A stretch of DNA of 64,000 bases, from NCBI RefSeq assembly GCF_964355755.1, contig NC_092672.1:7130001-7194000 (forward strand). Reading direction: 5' to 3'. The notes under the pieces are model-generated. The model saw only the letters and a list, made by a program, of their open reading frames with translations. It did not search any database and was not told the origin of the DNA. The translations under genes were made by a program, and so were the position numbers. This stretch comes from Antedon mediterranea. Its lineage: Eukaryota; Animalia; Echinodermata. Positions 26,201 through 39,800 of the stretch are shown here, piece after piece (positions within the stretch are counted from its first letter, which is position 1; every line of letters begins with the position of its first letter).

Positions 26201-29200
26201 GAGTGTATAAAAAGTTCTGGTAATAATCCATCGATTCCAGGTGATTTACCTGTTTTTTGGGATTTAATGGCATGAATTACCTCATCTACTGTAATGTCAT
26301 TATTTAGGTTAGGTTCGTTTTCATTTACAGCAGGTTCATCATTAATGATACTTTCTACATTTTGATTATCTCTATTTTCATTATTATGAAATAAGGATTC
26401 GAAGTGAGTGCGCCATGTATTAATACATATGTTACTTGGAAAATTTGGTTTTGTTTGTTTTAGTTTAATCCAGAATGATTTGGAGTTTTTTTCTCCTAAT
26501 GATCTAATCAATTCTGTACGTGATCTTTTAATATAGCTGTATTTCTTATTTTTTATTAATGTTTTATATTCTTTTTTTATTTCCAGGTATGCATTAAGCA
26601 ATGTTTGTGTACGATTGTGTCGGAATCTATTTAAACTTCTTCGAACTTTGTTTTTAAGTGCAAGACATTGATTGTCATACCACGTGTCTTTAGCTTTAGT
26701 TGTTTTATTGTTGGATTTCCTATGGATAATTCCTTTACATGCATATTCATACAATCTACCTACAGTTGAAACAGCTTCATCAATTAGGTTATCATTAATC
26801 AAGTTAGTTATTTCATTTTTAAGTTCATCGATTTTATTATGCTGTAATCTTAATTTAAATGTTTCAGTATATGTTTCTGACCAATTGAATTTAGTTTGTT
26901 TGGGACAATTTTCAATATTTAATTTTTTTATTTTTATATTATCTTTAGTTAGTAGGCCTAATTGAAACGTAATTGGCATATGATCAGATTCTATTCTATT
27001 TTCTACTTTCAAATCTGCTATGTACCTGAAGTTATCAGCTTTTGTCAATATATAATCGACTACGCTTTTGCCTTGTTGTCCTATGAAAGTGTAGCTTTTA
27101 CTATACATTGGGTTAATTCTGCCAGTAGCAATTCTTACATTCGTTTCTTTACAAAAATTGAGAAGATCTATGCCATAATTATTCGTGACGTCATCTTCAT
27201 TAATTCTAATTGTTACATTATCTTCATCATCTTCAATATATAATTCGTTATCCCAATCTATTGGGCATACATCGTTGTTGACATAATCCAATAAATCTCC
27301 TGTTTTACCATTGAAGTCTCCAACAATGAATATTTGATTTTTATTATTATATTTATATAAATATTCAGCGTATTCGTTTGTAAGTATTTCATATAAATTG
27401 TTATTATTAGCATATGGGGAGTGTTGTGGTGGTCTGTAAACTACAGCCATTATTATAGAATCGTTCTCCGTTTTGATTCGTAACCACATAATATACTTAG
27501 ATAAGCTAGGTAATTCTTTAACTTTGATATTAGTTTTATAATATATCATAATTCCACCTGTATTTCTACCACGGTGTTGTAACTTTTCTTGCATTTTACT
27601 TATACAATTATATCCCTTAATATAGTAGTCATCACTAAAAGTTGTCCAAGTTTCAACCAAACATATTACATCGAAATCACAAATAAATTTTATAAATTCA
27701 CAATCACTAAAATTACTTTTTAAACCATTTATATTCCACACAATAGTCTTTAAAGAGGTGGACGTGTAAATACTTTTACTTATATTTTTATTTGTAACAT
27801 TGGTATATATATTGTTATTATTGACGTTGTTATTCCTATTATTAACGTCGGCGTTTATGTTATCGTTATCTATACCATTAGTTTGACCATTATTAGTTGT
27901 ATTGTCAATATTTTCTTTTTCATGATTTTCGTTATTATTCTCACCTTTATTATTATTATTATTGTCATTTACGTCATTATCAACAATTGTACCAATAATA
28001 TTATTACATTTGTTGTTTATTTGATATGTGTTTGGGCCATGGCCGGACCCCTATCTAGGTTTATATCTACTATACTTAACTACTTTATCATTATCTATAT
28101 CATATGTAAAAGTTTCGTCATCAATAATGAGTTTATCGTATCTTATTTTGAACGGTTTTCCGCTTTTAATAGCTTCATCTATTTTTGGTTGTAAATTTTT
28201 TCTGATCTTACGAACTCTTGCTGTGTAATCTTCGCTGATAGTAATTTGTTTCCTTCTTTCACCCCGGTCTTCATTTTTGTTCATTTTTCGACGTTGTGTT
28301 CTACTTGCTTTTAGAACATTTTCTTTAGTTTTGTAATCTTTGAATTTCACAATGATCGGTCTCGGTTTAAATCTTGCGTTGAGCCTATGTGCCCTCTCAA
28401 TCTCAATATTCTCCCCACCAATACCGAGATCATTTGTAAAGTGTTCTTTTACTTTCTTCTCACTCTGATCCCAATTCTCATGTTCGCTATCTACCACTCC
28501 ATATACTATTAAGTTGTTACGTCTGCTTTGACCTTCAATTTTGTCTATATGTTTGATTAATTGTAAGTTCATTGTTTTAAGTTGTTGATTTTCTTCTTCT
28601 ATTATTGTCATTCTTTCGTTTAGTGAGTCCATGTTGCTATTTAGTGTATCAATTTTTTCTTTTACGCTTTTAACATCTCCTGAAATGTCATCCATTTTCT
28701 TATTCAAATTTCGTGTTCATTGTTTGTAGTTGTATTAATATATTTTGTATTGAAGGTTCATTTCCTCCCGCATTCAGCGCAACTTGTGTTGTTGCGTCTT
28801 CCGTTGTGGGTTTACCAGTAAGTTCATCCAATGTAGCTTGTCTAGTGTAAACTGGACCTGGATTGCTTTCGATATCGCCGGCCAAAAAAAGTAACAAGCA
28901 TAACGCAGATAGTCGTAGTGTAGGCCTAGTTCTAATGACTGCACCTAAAGAACCATGACATTTTATGCGCTTTTGTTTATTTCGTTTTCCTCTCCAATAT
29001 AGTCCTATTCTTAACCGGTAATTATCAATGTCAATCCTATTGATGTAGGAGTTTAAGTGTGATTAGACGTGTAGTTATGTAAGCCAGTGCGTGCTATGTT
29101 GAGGTATTGTAGAACCAGAAGCAACTGGTTTCGGTAATGTGACGTGGCGTTTTTTGATCAAGTCCGGTCATGTGACTTGAAAATTCCGTTGAAGGGCGAT

Positions 29201-30757
29201 ATTTATACTGAAGTTATAGATTAAGTTAATGTAACGAAAATTTATAAAGTGAAATTGATATAACTTGTGGTATTTACTATTGAGTTATTACAATAAACCA
29301 AACAAAAGCAACTTATCTTGGTTTGACAGGCCTATGTCGTGGGCCTGCCGCTTAACAGCTGCTCTGGAATGTCGCCATGAGTTATGTTAATCCAACAAGT
29401 AAAAAAATCAGTTCCAATCGGTGTTTAAAAATCCCGCCGCTTAATTGCGGCTTACACAGGTAGTTTACAGTAGCTGTATATAACGTTAAATGTAGTTTCC
29501 GATGAGAAGGCTGTATAAAAAACGGTTGTCGTAGGCCTAGCATATTGATACTAGTGTACAGCGGAAAACATCGGGGTGTCGTGTTGAGATAGTATGAATA
29601 GACCGGGCTAGGGAGCACCGAACAAACACGTCTTCACTCGACCGCACTCACTCACGTAGCCTACTACGTTAATTGTTATAATTCAGTGAAAGTTAGACAG
29701 ATTTATGTGATAGACCTAAGTTCTTCGTCTTCTTCTTCTTTTCTTCTTCATGATTTAACAGTCCACTACAGGATATCGCTCCTCCAAATCTCTCCATTTA
29801 CTTTTCTCTTTTGCTATTCTGAACCAGTTGTTTTCTCATGTCATGTCATGTCATGTCATCTCCATCTCCCTTTGAGTTTGCTTCTTTTCCTTTTCGCTAT
29901 CCTTGTCTGCCAAACTGTATAGTCCTGCTTGTCCACATGTTTTTGCTTGAAGTAGATCTCTGTTTATTATATCTTTCCTTTTGCATGGTACCTTGTTCAT
30001 TATTGTTATGCCAAGTATTTTCCGTTCTATTGCATACTGGGTTGATCTTAACTTATCCTTCTTCTCAGTAAGTCTCAAAGTTGAAAAGAAGAGAAAGAAG
30101 AAGGTTATTACACACTTCATCTAAATTATAGTGAATGGAGTAATATTATAGAAAAATGTGATCTAATGCAAGGCTCTTCGGTTTATTTCAGATTCAACCT
30201 TGTATCCCGATCCAACTTTGTACCCAGATTCAACCTCGTATCCAGATACAACCTTATATCCAGTTTCAACTTCATATCCACATTCGACCTTTTATCCAGA
30301 TACAACCTCATATCAAGATTCAATCTCATATCCAGATACAACATCATATCCAGATACAACCTCGTATCCAGATACAACCTCAAATCAACATTCAACATCA
30401 TATCTAGATACAACCTCGTATTCAAATTCAATCTCAAAGCCAGATTCAACCTCATATCTAGATTCAATCTCACATCTAGATACAACCTCGTATCCAGATT
30501 CAACCTCGTATCCAGATACAACCTTATATCCAGATACAACCTCATATCAAGATCCAATATCATATCCAGATACAACATCATATCCAGATACAACCTCATA
30601 TCCAGATACAACCTCAAATCCTCATACAACTTCATATCCAGATTCAATCTCATATCTAGATACAACTTGGTATCCAGATTCAAACTCATATCCAGATTCA
30701 CCCTGGTATCTAGATCCAAGCTCATATTCAATATTTTCTTCAGAATATTATTACTCT

Positions 30758-30802
<45 letters not shown>

Positions 30803-33800
30803 GAATATTTGTATTGTGAGTTTAACGAATATTATTGATTTTTTTTTCAGCTATTTGTTTAATAAGTATCAACAATTATGATTACAAGCAAATATACCTG
30901 TCCTGGGATGGGTTTCAAATAATATAGTTTTACATTCATTTTAGAAAAAATGTATAGATTATTTAGACCAGTTGTCATAATCACATTGTAATCTATTTTC
31001 CAGATAACAATGAAGTTATAAATCTTGTTGGTGGCAATGTAAAACGAGAAGGTCGACTTGAACTGAAAGGTGATATTTCTGGTACTGTTTGTTCTGTTGG
31101 CTGGACCGAAGCAGATGCTGCATTAGTCTGTAAGAGTCTTGGTTATGAAGGTGTTGACGAATATTTGGTGTATAGCTTTGGAGAAGGGAATGGGACAATT
31201 TGGTCGAATATTAATGGTTGTATTGAACATCCTACGTGTAATCCAACGGATTCAACGGAAGATCCACAATGCACTCATGCAAATGATGTCGGGATAGTAT
31301 GTTCACCTTGTAAGTTAACAGGGAGCTTCGATTTGTTACGACCAACCTAGGCCAGGTCAACCGATGTGTCGGCGGTCCCTCGCCTGAACACAGAAACCGT
31401 CAAATCTGTGTCGAGGTGGAGATCGCGGACACACGTCCAAATAATTTCCTCATGGTCGCCGGTCGTTTAAAAGCGAAAGCTTCTAATATTAAATTGTAAT
31501 TTCAAAAAATCATGCATGTACCACTTTGAAGCTCAACTTGTTTACCCCTTTTTTAAAGTGACAATTCGACTTGTTGGTGGTGATAATCTGAATGAAGGGC
31601 GTGTAGAGTTTAATTATTTTGGTGAGTTTTCAACAATAAGGGATCTACATATCAGCGAAGCCGACGTCATTTGTCGTTCGCTTCCCTTTCCTTCTGCTGA
31701 GTTCTCGGATTGCTGTGGAATATATGGTACTGCCTTTGACCTGCCTTCTTATCAAGTCGAATGTAAAGGAAATGAGAAAGAATTATCTGACTGTTCGATA
31801 TATACTACCTATGATATTGACCAACAATCTGGGATTAGATGTTCAACTGGTAAGAATATGCAATGCAATATTGTTTGCCAAAAGGTATCTGATGAGTTTA
31901 GAATTTCTTTATAACATTTCTATCTATTTCTTTCTATATTAACATTTGTACTAAATTTAACCTGCACTGATTATGTCAATGATAATAAATGTATGACAAT
32001 TATTATACATTAAATAGTATTTTCTTAAAACAATTTAGTGTACTTAAAAGTCTTATTTCACAATATATTATTATAACACCAGCTCCTCAATTTTAGATGT
32101 TTTCTTTTAAAGAAACATGTACTAGGCCTACATCTTGTAAATGTATTAAAGGGCGGAGAGAAGATTCTGGGTGGGTATTTTAATTATTAATTTATCTTTT
32201 AATAGTGGTTATGATATTTCCTCAGATGGCGTAAGATTAACTGGACAGTTTGAATCAGATGGACCACTTGAAATCTTTACAAGCTCTGCTTGGCATAAAG
32301 TATGTTCGGTTGATTTTAACATTGAAGTTGGCGAAGTAATCTGCAGTCAACTCAACTTTGATGGTGTTTTAAATGTCACTGACATTGACAGTGACAACGG
32401 AACAACAACCATACGAGAAATTAATTGCACAGGAATGGAGAGAAAATTTGAAGAATGCTCTTTCAATATTGTGCCTGAACAAATGTGCACAAGTTTTGTG
32501 AAGCTGTCATGCATTGGAAGTAAGCAAATACAGTACTTAAATATACATTATTAAGCAGGGACAAATTCTTGATATACAAACATTAACTTTCCCTAAGTTG
32601 TTATATATTATCTTTTTATATTAATCCACACGTCGACGTTTCGAATTTGTCTGAAAAATTTCGAGCTCAGGTATTATAAGTATGAAACGCCATGTGTGCC
32701 AAAATATTTATGTTTTACCAATATTATATTCAGCCTATAACCAAGACATTTGACATTAGAACGTCTTCTTTGGGACACTCTATTTAGATAAACACCTTTA
32801 CAGAAAACATCCTTTTCAGAGGAAACCTCTTTTCATGGACATTTAGGCCTCCGGGTAAAACGAGGGGCAAACATTGTATATTAATACTGTTGACAGACTC
32901 TCAGTTGAATCTCTAAAGTTTCCCTTTAATATGTGTCCATTGTTGTAAACATAAGATATTCTTCATCCAGCTACGAAATTTATAGTAAAAAATGACTGAC
33001 CTTTAATCAACAAAATATTGTTTTCTTGACAGAAAAAAATGTTTTAATAATGACATACTGCAGCTAATAATCGTAAGCCATTTGTCTATATTAATTTGTA
33101 TTTATAATAATATTTACAGGTGGATCAAGATTTGCTGATGGGTATACTAGGAATTCAGGGTATGCGCAGGCATACATTAATAGCGAATGGAATTATATTT
33201 GCGACAGTGAAAGAAGAGTTACTGAATTTATCTGCTTACAAGAGCAATCAACTGGTGTTCACTTAGTACGAAACCAATACCCATTCTACATTTCTGACGA
33301 ATACGCTGATTGTGACATCACACCCGAAAACAGTCTACAGTGTAGTCAAAGCTTGGTTGATTGTTTTCCTTATCTTATTTATACGGAATGCTCAACGGGT
33401 ATGTAATTTTTGTTTTATATGCCATCCCTGAGTTCAAATCCTTCATCTAATTTAAGCCTAATTAACCCTTCATAAAATGCATGTTGAATTCAATAAATGG
33501 TAGGTCTATAGGTCTAAATCTGTGTTAAGTGTTAATTAATCGCTTCTAAAAGAGTTGTTTCTGACGGTACTTAATGCTTGGATAAATATTTTGCAATAAC
33601 TGCTTTAAAATCAGAACGTCCATCCATACTATTTGTCATGTCATCCGCATTATTACTATGATGTCCGTCAGTTATAAGCCTCTGATGACAAATGCAAATA
33701 ACGATCGACAATCATCTAAATTCATCCATTCTTTATCTACAACACATCTTCTTCACAATAGTATAACATACACTGGTCTCCAGTACCATGAACCCCGAAT

Positions 33801-36800
33801 ACCAATTCCACGTTCTTGGTATTTATGCCGTTTGTTCATTACGTCATTCTATTAACTAGTCAAGCATAGCGGGGAGTAACTAGTGCCATCATTTTGTTTT
33901 AAAGATGAGCTTATGAGATAATACTGTACCGCAATTTATATTTAGATGTTGTACGAATCAAGGGAGGAGGTCATCGTGGATTTGTTCAAATCTTCAAAGA
34001 TGGCAAATGGAATTATATTTGCAGTGAAAACTGGAATGTTCAGACTACTGAGCTTGCTTGTAAAGAACTCAACTTTCGCTCCACTTCTACAGTGACTGGT
34101 GTTGGTGTAAACACAACCGCCGTAGTACCCGATGCTCAGATCATTATGTGTGATGGAAGTGAATCGAGTTTGCTGAATTGTCAATTTGATACCAACATGC
34201 AATGTAAACGTCATGCTGTACAAGTCACGTGTTCTGACGGTGATAATTTGTGCTTTTTTGCTACACTACTATTGTCCTATTATTGTATTATTTTTGTATA
34301 AATTAATTAAATTTGTCTAGACCTATCTATACTTACTTTTTCACTGCCACATTCGTGATTTTATGATAGGAGTATTGGGTATTTAGCAAGAATAGGATTA
34401 CCTGTAGTAACTAGTGCTGATAAGTAGCGACATCTTTCTTTTATCTTACTCTACAGTTGGTATACGTCTTAGAGGATCGCCAGTAAAGCATGCTGGTCGT
34501 GTGGAAATATACAACAACAACCAGTGGTGGACGGTTTGCGATGATTATTGGGATACCAATGACGCGAACGTGGCATGCATTATGGCGGGTTATTCTGGAG
34601 CTACCAGAGGGTATCGTGAGGCAGCGTTTGGTGAAGGGGTTGGTCCTATTTTGCGCTATGATTTTTTTTGTGACGGTGATGAAGACGACTTATTTGATTG
34701 CCCATTTGGTACACATTCCGATGGATTCTGTTCACATTACGAAGATGCAGGAGTGATTTGTTCTACAGGTACGTTTCAGATCTTTGTATATGTGTACCAA
34801 AATAATCCAAAGGCATAACACCATAAAGGAGTATAACTGGGTTTACATGCAAAATTCACACATTTTTATACTTTTTATACAATAAAAAAAACACTACAAG
34901 ACCTTGAGATTTAGTGTTCAGATTCAAATTCATACACATTAATTAGGTTATTTGACAATAACTAGGGCCCGCACTAGAAGCAATAGCTTGTATCATGAGG
35001 GCCCCTACAAAATAAATATAAATATGCAAAATAAATAAAAAGAAACATCCCGTCTTAATGTCTGCCCTTTCATGTTATCGTCGCGTAATTGATGTTATTG
35101 TGCCGTGATTGTAATTTGTACGATTAATTAAAATGAATGTCTTGTTCCTTGTAACAGATATAATTCGTCTTTCTGATGGAAGCCCATCTGCCGGTCGGGT
35201 TGAACTATTTATCAATGGCCAATGGGGAACGATTTGTGACGATAACTGGGACATAAATGATGCCATTGTTATTTGCCGACAATTAGGGTTTGACAGAGCT
35301 GCTAACGCATACGACATGGCTAGATTTGGTCCTGGCAAAGGTCCAATACATTTTGATGAAGTTCAGTGTGCGGGAAGCGAAACCGATATCTTACTGTGTA
35401 ACACTAAAAGTATTCATGATTGTGAACATTCTGAAGACGCAGCGGTGTCCTGTGTTTCTGGTAAATATTGAACAAAATATATAAGTTTGAGTTTTTTTTT
35501 CACAGTAGATTTTCCGTCAGATGTTACACACAGTTGTTTATCTTTTTCATCTAGTCAGACGAATATGTGGTGAATATTAATTTACAACATTTTGTTGTTC
35601 CATATTTTTTTTTGGACCAATTAGTTTGTGGCGAGTTAAACTGTGGCCGAGTTTACTTGGGGTCGAGTTATGTATGGTAGATAAGATAGATGATTAAATA
35701 TCAAATACCTATCATCAATACGTTAGGCAATAAGGAGTATCTAAACATTAAATTGAAGCTCCCTTAATAAATCAACATTATTTTCATTGTAAGCTGTACT
35801 CTTTTCCTATTTAGACTCATTTGTGACTCCGTCATGGTTGAAACCATTTAACAGTATTCTGACAAAGGGTAAGTTACCATAAGATCAGTAATAACAAAGT
35901 AAATGTTATATTAATGAACAATGGACAGAGAATAAGAAGTATTATTCTCATCTGATATATACTATAATAAAAAAGAAACGAAAATGAATAAGAATGCAAG
36001 CAAAATCATAATTTATCGAATAAGATAGTAAGATTGAAATGAAAAGATAATATCAAGAGTAATGAAACATAAAAGAGAGAAAATTATTACATTTGAGTTT
36101 TAATTTAACAAAATAAAAATAACCCTTTACTAGCAGTAATGATAGCTTCGATAGAAGCTCTAAGATGATAGACAATACAATTGTTATTTCTAAGAGCTAT
36201 AGTGTATAAACGGAGTATTTTTAATCGAACGTTTCGATCTTTATTTTATATCTTTATCAACTCACTGCTTGTTGAATCCAATAGATTCAGGATCGGTTAA
36301 AAAATAAAATTATTGTTAATTTAAATGAAGCGAATCAGCAAATCACCCGTCGTAAACATTGAATTTTCAACAAAGTGTTCAATTTTTGCAGGTTGTAAAG
36401 ACTATTGGTTTCAAAACGATAATTCTTGTATAACAGTTATACATACAGAGCATAGTACTACGCTTTCCGAATTGTCTTGTCCAGAAGGATCGTCAGTTCT
36501 TTCAGTAGACACAGAAGTAGGCATGTTAGGAGAATATCTTCGAATAATATATTACTATTATGAAGAAATCACTCTTAAACTATTTCTTTGGCAAGATGGT
36601 AAATCAAAAACTTGCACTTTTTTTAATCGTACTGGTGATAATGGAGACACATGGGATGTGATTAGTGTACCGGCAATACAGTGTAACGACGTCTATGCTT
36701 ATGTTTGTAAAATGGATATTGAAGGTACAGTATTTGTAATGTCTCTATGCCATTGTACAATTGGTCTGTATTTAATCATCTACTCAATGATAACATTAAT

Positions 36801-39800
36801 GAACGAGTCTTGTGTTTAATCACGTGTGAAACCAAATTTTATAGAGAGTGGTTCAGTACAACATACAGTATTTGTTAAATATACATCATCACATACCTAA
36901 CATTTTAAAGTATTTATTTGATTAACTCAAACAAATTAAATTTTAGATCAGTCTCAAACATGTTCAAACAATCAATTCAGATGTTTATCTGGCGCTTGTA
37001 TTCTAAAATCATTACAATGTGACGGAAACTTCGATTGCCCTGACAAAAGCGATGAAGATGAACAATGTATTCAAGGTAATACAGTAGGCCTATATCAGTA
37101 TTATTCTCGAGATATTCTCGTGTATTTCTGGTGGAATTTCTCTCGTTTTCACGACGTAGGCATTCGCGGTCTAAAGGGAATTCTTCTGCGCAGACAAAAA
37201 AGTACAGGCCGAATGAAGATAGTTACCACCGGTAAAGTACTATAGGCCAGGAATGAGTAGTTCTTTTTTAAAAACCAAAAATTAGTGAAACTAACCTGCT
37301 TGACAGCTTCTTTAGAAGAATGGCTATAGGCTAGGCTTCGCATATTCCATATTATGTATCAATAATATTGCGGTTTTTCTTATTTTAGAGTGTTCCGATT
37401 CGTTGGACGGCCACGACTATCGGGGGACAAAGAACAATACAACAAATGGAATACGTTGTATAAAATGGACAAGTAATTTTAAAGGAACTGATGCGATATA
37501 TCCAGTAGATTACATTGGTAAAGGTATTGGTGATCACAACTTTTGTCGGAATCCAAACGGAAGACAACAGCCATGGTGTTATACAGAGGATTTTTATGAA
37601 GTTGAAGATTGTGAAATTCCATTATGTGGTGAGGAAATGAATATCAGAGTCTATTGTATGCTGTATTTGTTTCAAACAATCTCTTATGGCCAAATCAGCC
37701 AGCGTCGTATGACGAGGCGTGAAAACATTAAACATGTTTAAAGTTCTTGTGACGACCTAAAAACTGCACCTGAAGCTAGCTCAAGACGACTCGTCTCGTT
37801 GGGATTCAACTCAGACAGCACCGACGAGTCAAGACGTTTCGTTTCACTAAAACCTATTCCAAAGTTTTGGTAACAAGTTGTTATTATTTGGGTTATAACA
37901 CTATATCATTTTTTTTTAGATCAAGTTTCAGATGCAGATTTAAACAATTGTCCAATCACAAGCTTCCAGTGTTCATCAGGTCATTGTATTTCCTATTCAT
38001 TCCGTTGTGACCATAAACCAGACTGCCCAGATAGCTCAGATGAACAAGATTGTAGTAAGTTTATGTTCACATGACTGTTATATTGTTATTTTGGATAAAG
38101 ATTTGTTTAAAAAAAAGAAAAATAAATAATTTATACGCTTTGTACTTGGTGCATAGCGCACCGCATAGTCACTTGTTAGACGAACTCACTGGGCCACTCA
38201 GTGCTTTAAAATGCGCATAATACATGTTTTTTTTTAATGGTAGTATTCAGGAATTGCACCGATGTCGAGTTTTCCTGTGATAATGGACGCTGTTTACAAT
38301 CTTCATTGCAATGTAACAGAATTAAAGACTGTTTAGATGGAACAGACGAACTAAAATGTGGTAGGCGGTTTTTCTTGGATAACATGGCATAACATTAGCA
38401 CAACATTTTATTGTAAGGGGAGTTTACAGTTGGAGAGATTTTTTGGATCTTACAGTGTATTATGCCTCATGTAATGTATAGAACAACAAAAGACTGATAG
38501 GTTGTAGATACAAAATGGGAAGATCTTTAATGTATGGAAAATTAGAAGGTGAAGCCTAGAACGTGCCGCACTGCAACTGCAATTGTATTAAAATAATTTC
38601 GCTCGAGTAACAAAAGTGCTGTATATATCCATTTATTTTTTCCGGTGCAAGTGTCACTTAATACAGTTATCTTTACCAGGTGAATGCAGCTCTGGTTTTT
38701 TACGATGTAGTGATGGTAAATGTTTGCACCCAAAATTCAAATGTGATCGAATAAGAGATTGTCCAACAGGAATTGATGAGCCCATGGATGAGCCAAATAA
38801 TTGCCGTAAGTAGTAGCAATCAAATAATCACTAACATTTCATATTTCATTGAGTTTAGACAGGTATTTGAAGCAAGTTTTTCTTAAGTGAACATATAAAT
38901 GATGACAGTGACGAAACTAGACTAGCTTTATCATTTGGAGGCAAGTTATCGCTAATTCTTGTGTTGTCATTCCTATTATAGAATATACTGATACAAAATC
39001 GTTATGTAATCAAACAGAGATGGTATGCGCAAATGGCATTTGCATTGATCAGCGTCACCTGTGTCTATTAGACTACGATGTGTATTCAGACGACGTTATA
39101 ACAGGTTGTCGAGATCGTAGTCACTTACAACATTGTGGTGAGTTGTTTCATGTGTTGTGCAACGTTCGTATTTATTCAATATTATAATCATACAACGATC
39201 CTGTTTATTCAGGAACGATGGTACTTGACAAAAATGTATAACATAAAGGTTTCAATTGCTTTGTTTATCGTGCATTTTCTACTTTTCACAAGTTATGACA
39301 CGCCATATATGCCTTTTTTAAATATTAAGTCAAAACACCTGGACCCGAAGACTGGCATATTAAAGTACTTTTCGTGAATAAGTGCATTTTGTAGGATTGT
39401 AGATAATAAAAAAATCATTTTGTTTGAAAAATCCAGTAAAATAATTACTCACATTCTTTAGCTTTCGCCATCTTGGCTGACGGCTTGATCACAAGTGATC
39501 CGGTCCACGGCTACTTCCTGGAAATCTGTTGTTATTGTTTCTAGGTGACGTCATACTTTTTCGTAGCAATGATGTGTATACGTGATCGAGAAATACAGCT
39601 CCTTCGTCGTGGTTGATTGCGTTATACCCCACCCCCCCCCCTCTTTCTGATTTGGATTGCTTTTACTTTGTAAATTATTTGTTTTATTTTTAAAGTGTGA
39701 ATTATTTAAAGTACGATTGTTTTATTATTTATTACAAACAGTTTTCATTGGGGACCTACATGCAACATTATAATAACTCAGCATTTATTTATTATATTTT

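Larger units (their letters stand above)
23485..29650 (-). mobile_element. Near full-length two-ORF APE-RT non-LTR retrotransposon (RTEX/L2/CR1-group-like), disabled copy, antisense in the GPCR intron
   Basis: 5' UTR about 29050-29650, ORF1, ORF2 with endonuclease + RT + C-terminal CxxC..EDEYHF..C, and a 3' UTR with a GGCC-AAA-GGCC hairpin and AATAAA. Boundaries are approximate. Confidence 0.9.

Noticed and set aside
26672-28228. Hydrophobic plus-strand ORFs over the LINE
   Set aside because: Antisense shadows of the Asn/Lys-rich minus-strand coding frame.
23455-29670. Target-site duplication for the large LINE (gcttactacatt / gcctactacgtt)
   Set aside because: Two mismatches in 12 bp and not flush with definable ends; unsupported.
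30166-30819. Alternative frames of the minisatellite (SRYNLI repeats on +, LDMRLY repeats on -)
   Set aside because: Open only because the 18-bp unit lacks stops. Only the YPDTTS frame matches the splice phases of the neighbouring exons.
32630-32675. Second hammerhead-like motif (GAAACGUC on the minus strand)
   Set aside because: No intact CUGANGA box at the right spacing; at best a decayed remnant.
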